A stretch of 12,187 bases of DNA from assembly GCA_036479435.1 (NCBI GenBank), contig JAZGFI010000211.1, positions 1 through 12,187 of the forward strand. Reading direction: 5' to 3'. The translations under genes were made by a program, and so were the position numbers. Origin of the DNA: Planctomycetota bacterium (GTDB lineage: Bacteria; Planctomycetota; GCA-002687715; DRQF01). The notes beneath the pieces were generated by a model, which ran no database searches, was not told where the DNA came from, and saw only the letters and a list, made by a program, of their open reading frames with translations. This document shows, in pieces, positions 7,699-12,187 of this stretch (position 1 is its first letter; every line of letters begins with the position of its first letter).

Positions 7699-8775
7699 AA
7701 ATTACTGTTGGCCGTCATAACGACGGCGCTTTTGTGGCCGTCGGGGCTGATCGCCCAAGGTGCGGATTCAATCGCGAAGATCTCTGCCGATTTTCAGGCG
7801 GCGGGTCAGGACGATGACCTCATTGACGACGATGAGATGAAATCCCTTGGCGGGCGCGCCCTGGCCTTAGCGAAAGCCAAAGGAGGCCGCGTTGGTTTTG
7901 ACGCGACGCTTTGGACTTTTTACGTCGCTAGGTACGGCGAAGACGACGGCGCCACGCGCAAAAAGTTGCGCCGCGGCGCCATGGATCTGGTCATTAAGCG
8001 CTACGCCAACTCGACGGGCAGTCTGAAAAAGATCGTGGCTGAGTGGCGGGTGCTCCGTCCCGATGATGTCAACGAGTTCGCGGGCTACTACCGAGAGCTT
8101 GCCAAGGCGACCAAAAAAGCCGCGGTCAAGGAACTCGCCAAAGCGGGCGGTTTCGGTTTGTTGTCACAAAAAGCCGACATGGGCTTCGCGCTGACCGACA
8201 AAGAACGCAAGCAGATGCTGGCCCACTGGAAGAAACTGGTGGCCGAAAAAGGCGACGAGAAAAATCCGAACGACCGCGCTGGCCGCAGCTACGCCGACAG
8301 CCTCAAGGGAAAGATCTTTGAAATTGAAAACCTCTACATCGGAGCGACCGTTCCGGAGATCGCGGGGACCGATATCGACGGCGTCAGCTTCAAGCTTTCA
8401 GACTACCGCGGCAAGGTCGTGATGTTGGACTTCTGGGGTCATTGGTGACCGCCCTGTCGGGCCATGTACCCCCACGAGCGGTCGCTCGTTAAGAAACTTG
8501 CCGGTAAGCCATTCGCCATCATTGGCGTTAACAGTGATTCTGACATCGAGGTCGTCAAAAAGGCCGTCAAAGAGGAAAACCTCACCTGGCGAAGCTTTTG
8601 GAACGGACCCAAAGGCACTGGAGGCCCCATTTCTGAGGCTTGGAACGTCACCGGCTGGCCGACGATCTACGTGATTGACGCCGAGGGTAAGATCCGCTTC
8701 AAAAACGTCCAAGGCGAAAAGCTCGACGAAGCCGTCGAGAAACTGCTGGCCGAGATGGAACAGAAGAAAAAATAG
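7696..8775 (+). CDS. Exported TlpA/ResA-like thioredoxin-fold protein with UxxC motif; probable selenoprotein (Sec at TGA 8446-8448), 359 aa
   Basis: The two track ORFs share a frame, joined by TGA CCG CCC TGT CGG GCC ATG. Read-through gives PEIAGTDIDGVSFKLSDYRGKVVMLDFWGHW-U-PPCRAMYPHERSL...IIGVNSD...WNVTGWPTIYVIDAEGKIR, a complete TlpA domain including the cis-Pro motif WPT. N-terminal signal peptide present. Confidence 0.88.
8474..8489 (+). promoter_or_regulatory. Candidate bacterial SECIS element
   Basis: Perfect stem ACGAGC/GCTCGT closing a GGTC loop that starts 32 nt after the TGA. The apex resembles E. coli fdhF SECIS (GCA-GGUC-UGC). Confidence 0.65.
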
Positions 8776-8828
8776 CCTTCGCGAAGAATTTCGGAACAAG
8801 TTTTCAGCTTGTGACGTTTCTTCGACCA

Positions 8829-8900
8829 GCTGGGCCTCTGGTTCTCTTCTCCTTTTGCCGGGATCGCTCGGAGGAGAGGCCAGGGGTCCGCTTTTTTTTT
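8829..8900 (+). terminator. Intrinsic terminator-like long hairpin followed by T9
   Basis: GGGCCTCTGGTTCTCTTCTCC (8832-8852) pairs with GGAGGAGAGGCCAGGGGTCC (8870-8889) using several G-U pairs, which favours a plus-strand RNA; TTTTTTTTT at 8892-8900. Confidence 0.7.
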
Positions 8901-8933
8901 GCTCCCAAAGTCAATCCTGCGAGGTCCTTACGC

Positions 8934-8942
8934 TGTTATAGT
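8934..8942 (+). promoter_or_regulatory. Possible extended -10 promoter element for the asparaginase gene
   Basis: TGtTATAGT matches TGnTATAAT with one mismatch, between the terminator and ATG 8970. No clear -35. Confidence 0.35.
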
Positions 8943-8969
8943 CGCGGTATTCCCGAGGATGCCTGTGCT

Positions 8970-9998
8970 ATGAGCGGTCGAATTTCCATCATCAATACTG
9001 GCGGTACGATCGGCATGATGCCCTCCGAAGGCGGGTACGCGCCGGTCCCGGGCGCCCTTTCCAAGATGTTGGAGACGCTCCCGGAACTAGGACGGGACAC
9101 CTTGCCGAAGTTCGAGGTCATCGAGTTAGATCCGATCCTCGATTCCGCCAACATGGGCCCCGATGACTGGAACACCATTGCCGAGGTCATCGCGAGCCGC
9201 TACGACGCGTTCGATGGCTTTGTAGTTTTGCACGGCACGGACACGATGGCCTACACCGCATCCGCGCTTTCCTTCATGTTGGAGGGATTGCGCAAACCCG
9301 TCATCTTGACCGGTTCGCAGATTCCCCTCGCCCGCATTCGCACGGATGCTCGACAGAATCTGCTCGACTCGATGCTGATTGCCTCGCAGTTTTCCATCCC
9401 AGAAGTAAGCCTGATTTTTGGCGGGCGCTTGTTTCGCGGCAATCGCGTCACCAAGACGAATGCGGCGGACCTCGACGCTTTCGCCAGCCCTAACTACGCC
9501 GAGCTGGGCCGATCCGCAGTCCGCCTTGAAGTCTTTCGCGATCGCGTGCGCGCCGCGCCGCGCGGGCCGCTCAAAGTGCAGAAAATCAGCGGCTGCCGCG
9601 TCGGCGCCCTGCGTCTGTTTCCGGGAATCGACGCTGGCATTTTGGAGAGCATCTTGGCCACCTCTCCCGACGGCTTGGTGCTTGAATGCTACGGCATCGG
9701 CAACGCACCGGTCCGCAACGAAAAACTCCTGGATGTCTTGTCCGCAGCTTGCGGACGCGGGGTGGTAGTGGTGGCTTGCAGTCAGTGTTTGGAAGCGCGC
9801 GTTGATTTGACTCGTTACGAAACTGGTGCCGCCTTGGCTCGAGCTGGCGTCATCGCTGGCCTAGACCTCACCGCCGAAGCCGCGATGACCAAACTCATGT
9901 ACCTCTTCGCCAGAGGCGATTCCTCCGATCGCGTCAAGGCCCAGATGCAAACCAACCTCCGCGGCGAGATCACCATCGTCGATGGCGAAGCGGGCTAA
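8970..9998 (+). CDS. ansA: L-asparaginase type I (cytoplasmic), 342 aa
   Basis: NTGGTIGM and HGTDTMAYTASALSF catalytic Thr motifs, KPVILTGSQ, RGNRVTK, AFASPN, no signal peptide. Start reassigned to ATG 8970 (MSGRISII). Confidence 0.9.
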   Translation: MSGRISIINTGGTIGMMPSEGGYAPVPGALSKMLETLPELGRDTLPKFEVIELDPILDSANMGPDDWNTIAEVIASRYDAFDGFVVLHGTDTMAYTASALSFMLEGLRKPVILTGSQIPLARIRTDARQNLLDSMLIASQFSIPEVSLIFGGRLFRGNRVTKTNAADLDAFASPNYAELGRSAVRLEVFRDRVRAAPRGPLKVQKISGCRVGALRLFPGIDAGILESILATSPDGLVLECYGIGNAPVRNEKLLDVLSAACGRGVVVVACSQCLEARVDLTRYETGAALARAGVIAGLDLTAEAAMTKLMYLFARGDSSDRVKAQMQTNLRGEITIVDGEAG

Positions 9999-10050
9999 GC
10001 CGGCAAGGCGAAGAGCTGGCCGGGATATCGACCAACTCCTCTAATCCAAA

Positions 10051-12061
10051 TCAGAACGATAGGTTCGTGAAATTCAAGACGTCAAAGGCCTCGCTGTAGC
10101 CCGCGAGGATGGCGGGATTGGAATCTACTTCGGTGACTCCGAAGTAAATTTCACGACCGGTGCCGCCGCCTAAGAATGCCCAAGTTAGGGTTCGATTAAA
10201 GGTGGCGAAGCCGCTGGCATTCGTGGTGGCTTGCAGGTTGGAATCAATGATCTGCAGACCGTTGTTGCCGTCGTCGAAGTACAAGAATCCGGTGACGAGC
10301 GCGCTGGCATTGGAAGCCGAGCCAATCTTGGAGTCAATCTGCGCCGTCATGGTGACATTCGTCGTCGCCATGGGTATGGTGCCCATCGAGATGCCGATGG
10401 GGCCGATCGAAACCGCGACTGATTGCACGAACATCTTGTCGGGAGCCTGGAGGGCTTCCGTCAGATCGCTGCCAATCGTGGCGGGGCTTGAATTGCCGGC
10501 CGGGTCCGTCGCGACGAAGGACACCGGGGTGGTGCTGCCATCCGGCAAGAAGTTCACGACGAAGGTGTGCTTGATCTCGTAGGGCCCAAAAGTCGGACTC
10601 GTGCGAGATTCGAGCCCGCGGATTCCGTTCCAAGTTGCCACGACTCGGCAGGGTTCATCCGTGCGGATGCGATACTTGATCGTGTTCGTGTTGAACCAGA
10701 TGACTTCAACGGCGGTGATGACCGGAGCGGTCGAGTCGTTGGGATTCTCAAAGATTGCCGATAGCGGGTTCGTGCCGTGCGCCACTTCGTAGCCGTCGGG
10801 AAATCCGTCGCCATCGGTGTCCGGGTTCTCGGGGTCGGTGCCGTGGTCGATCTCTAAAAGATCGGTTAAGGCGTCGCCGTCGAGGTCGACTCCTTTGCGG
10901 AATCCCATCCCGGAAGGCGTACCGATAAAGGTCCAAGCCCCGTAGCCGAGTCGTGCCAAATCAATGATCAGGGATGGGGGTAACGGAGGCCAGGACGGAT
11001 GGGGCGGAAAGAACAACCCGGTGCCCGGGTTGTAGGTGTAGGAGGTGCGTTCGATGCCCCCAGCACCGAAGTCCACCGATCCAATGGCTACGAGGTCAGA
11101 ATGCCCAGCTTCCGCCGCCGTGATCAGAGTGAGATGATCGCTAAAGGTTGCCCAGTTTTGCGACGTAACCGTCGCCTGATGAGCGCTCGATCGCGCGAGC
11201 CCCGTGTCCATGCCTTTCATGAAGTCTTCGAGGCGGGCGGCTTCGGTGGCGTCAATGTTGGAAAAAGCCTCGGAAAAATCAAAAAGCGTGCCGATGCGTC
11301 CGGTGTGGAGCAAGGACGGTCCGATCTCTGAGCTGAACCCGGCGGAGAATCCGCCCACCGATCCCAGGTCGTGCTTGCCGAGTTCTTTGTCGCCGACAGC
11401 GCGTAACTGGGTCACGACGAAAGACTGCGCCTGCCCGTTCGTCTCTTGGAAAACCTCGCCGCTACCGCCGATGGGCAAGGAGTGGCAAGCCGCGCAACTG
11501 TTGTTGGGCGTGGAAAGTTCCTCAATGAAGATGCGCCCGCCTTCGAGTTGGTTGGGAGTCGAACTGCGATCGAGGTTCTGAATCGGATTGGCGGGGTAGT
11601 GCAAAGCCGAAATGTAGTCGGACATGTCGGACAGTTCGCCAGCTGTTAGCTGGCTGCCCTTCAGCAAACCCTCGAAGGCGACATTGAAAGCCTCAAGATC
11701 TGAGCGCTCGCCACGCCAGTGATAGGGCGCGCCTTCGGGAAGTCCCCTCAAACTCTGAGTGACCATCGGGCCCTTGTTGTCGACCCATAGATCGATTTGA
11801 TTGGCCGGAGTTACAACTCTGTGGAGGTGATTGCCGAGGTTGTAGATCGTCTGGTTGGTGTGGCCGCCAATGTGACAAGAGGCGCAAGATGAGGTGCCAC
11901 CAGCGGAACGGTCAGCATCGTTAAGGATGCCGCGCCCACGACGCACACTCGCCGGAGCGGGGTCAAACCCAAGGCTTACGCTCTGCGCGATGGTGGTGCC
12001 GAAGGCGTCATTGACAAGATCGATCTTCGACAGGGTGTTGGTGCCGTAGTTGAAGACGATG
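10051..12061 (-). CDS. Di-heme cytochrome c (CCP/MauG-superfamily-like) multidomain protein, 5'-truncated or interrupted
   Basis: CASCH (11872-11886) and CAACH (11482-11496), KGPMVTQSLRGL...PYHWRG between them, a last propeller-like blade IVFNYGTNTLSKID, DxDGD repeats and beta-rich C-terminal domains. No signal peptide or credible start inside the window. Confidence 0.75.
10762..10887 (-). repeat. Tandem Ca-binding-type protein repeats (bacterial TSP3-like)
   Basis: DLDGDALTDLLEIDHGTDPENP followed by DTDGDGFPDGYEVAHGTNPL. Confidence 0.8.
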
Positions 12062-12187
12062 GGGTGCGGATCCTCTGCGACGACACTTATATCCTTACTA
12101 AACATAGACTTAGGTCTTTTTCGGGCTAGAAAATTGGGGCCATCCTTGCTACCTATGCAATGCAAAACGCAATAGGCCAGCACGGAG
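12062..12187. mobile_element. Probable insertion-sequence terminus (ISKra4-like inverted repeat)
   Basis: GGGTGCGGATCCTCTGCGACGAC resembles, from memory, ISKra4-family IRs (GGGTGYGGCTC...). GC is 39/90 over 12091-12180 versus 70/120 over 11941-12060, and the cytochrome frame stops looking protein-like here. No transposase inside the window. Confidence 0.5.

Noticed and set aside
8446..8448. TGA as a nonsense mutation (pseudogene) or as genome-wide UGA=Trp/Gly recoding
   Set aside because: It sits precisely at the catalytic Cys, both halves are intact and a SECIS-like hairpin follows. Other genes here use TGA as a true stop, including coupled overlaps. A pseudogene is not strictly excluded without homolog data.
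8464..8775. Independent 103-aa gene starting MYPHERS
   Set aside because: No SD, and it would begin after the redox motif in the middle of the thioredoxin fold.
8811..8969. N-terminal extension of the asparaginase ORF
   Set aside because: Runs through the terminator hairpin and T-tract; the TGGT motif normally lies about 10 residues from the start.
9999..10050. Bidirectional terminator between the asparaginase and cytochrome genes
   Set aside because: Only a weak GCCGGC/GCTGGC stem with no T-tract on either strand.
12062..12187. CRISPR leader plus first repeat
   Set aside because: AT-rich like a leader, but the adjacent motif is not repeated and no array or cas gene is present.

Overview
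Bacterial window of roughly 58-60% GC by eye; gene style suggests a PVC-group organism such as Planctomycetota, which is inference only. Left to right: the 3' end of a group II intron (last codons of the RT/maturase plus domains V and VI); a large exported S9/DPP-IV-like peptidase on the minus strand; a plus-strand run of a CoA-type Nudix hydrolase, a UbiA-like membrane protein, a class I SAM methyltransferase, a beta-CASP metallo-hydrolase and nth; an exported TlpA/thioredoxin-fold protein; a type I asparaginase; and a convergent di-heme cytochrome c protein whose 5' part seems replaced by an AT-rich IS-like end. The strongest finding is hidden by the ORF track. ORFs 7696..8448 and 8464..8775 read as one in-frame gene with TGA at the first Cys position of the redox motif (W-U-P-P-C), followed by an fdhF-like SECIS hairpin, i.e. 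a probable 359-aa exported selenoprotein.
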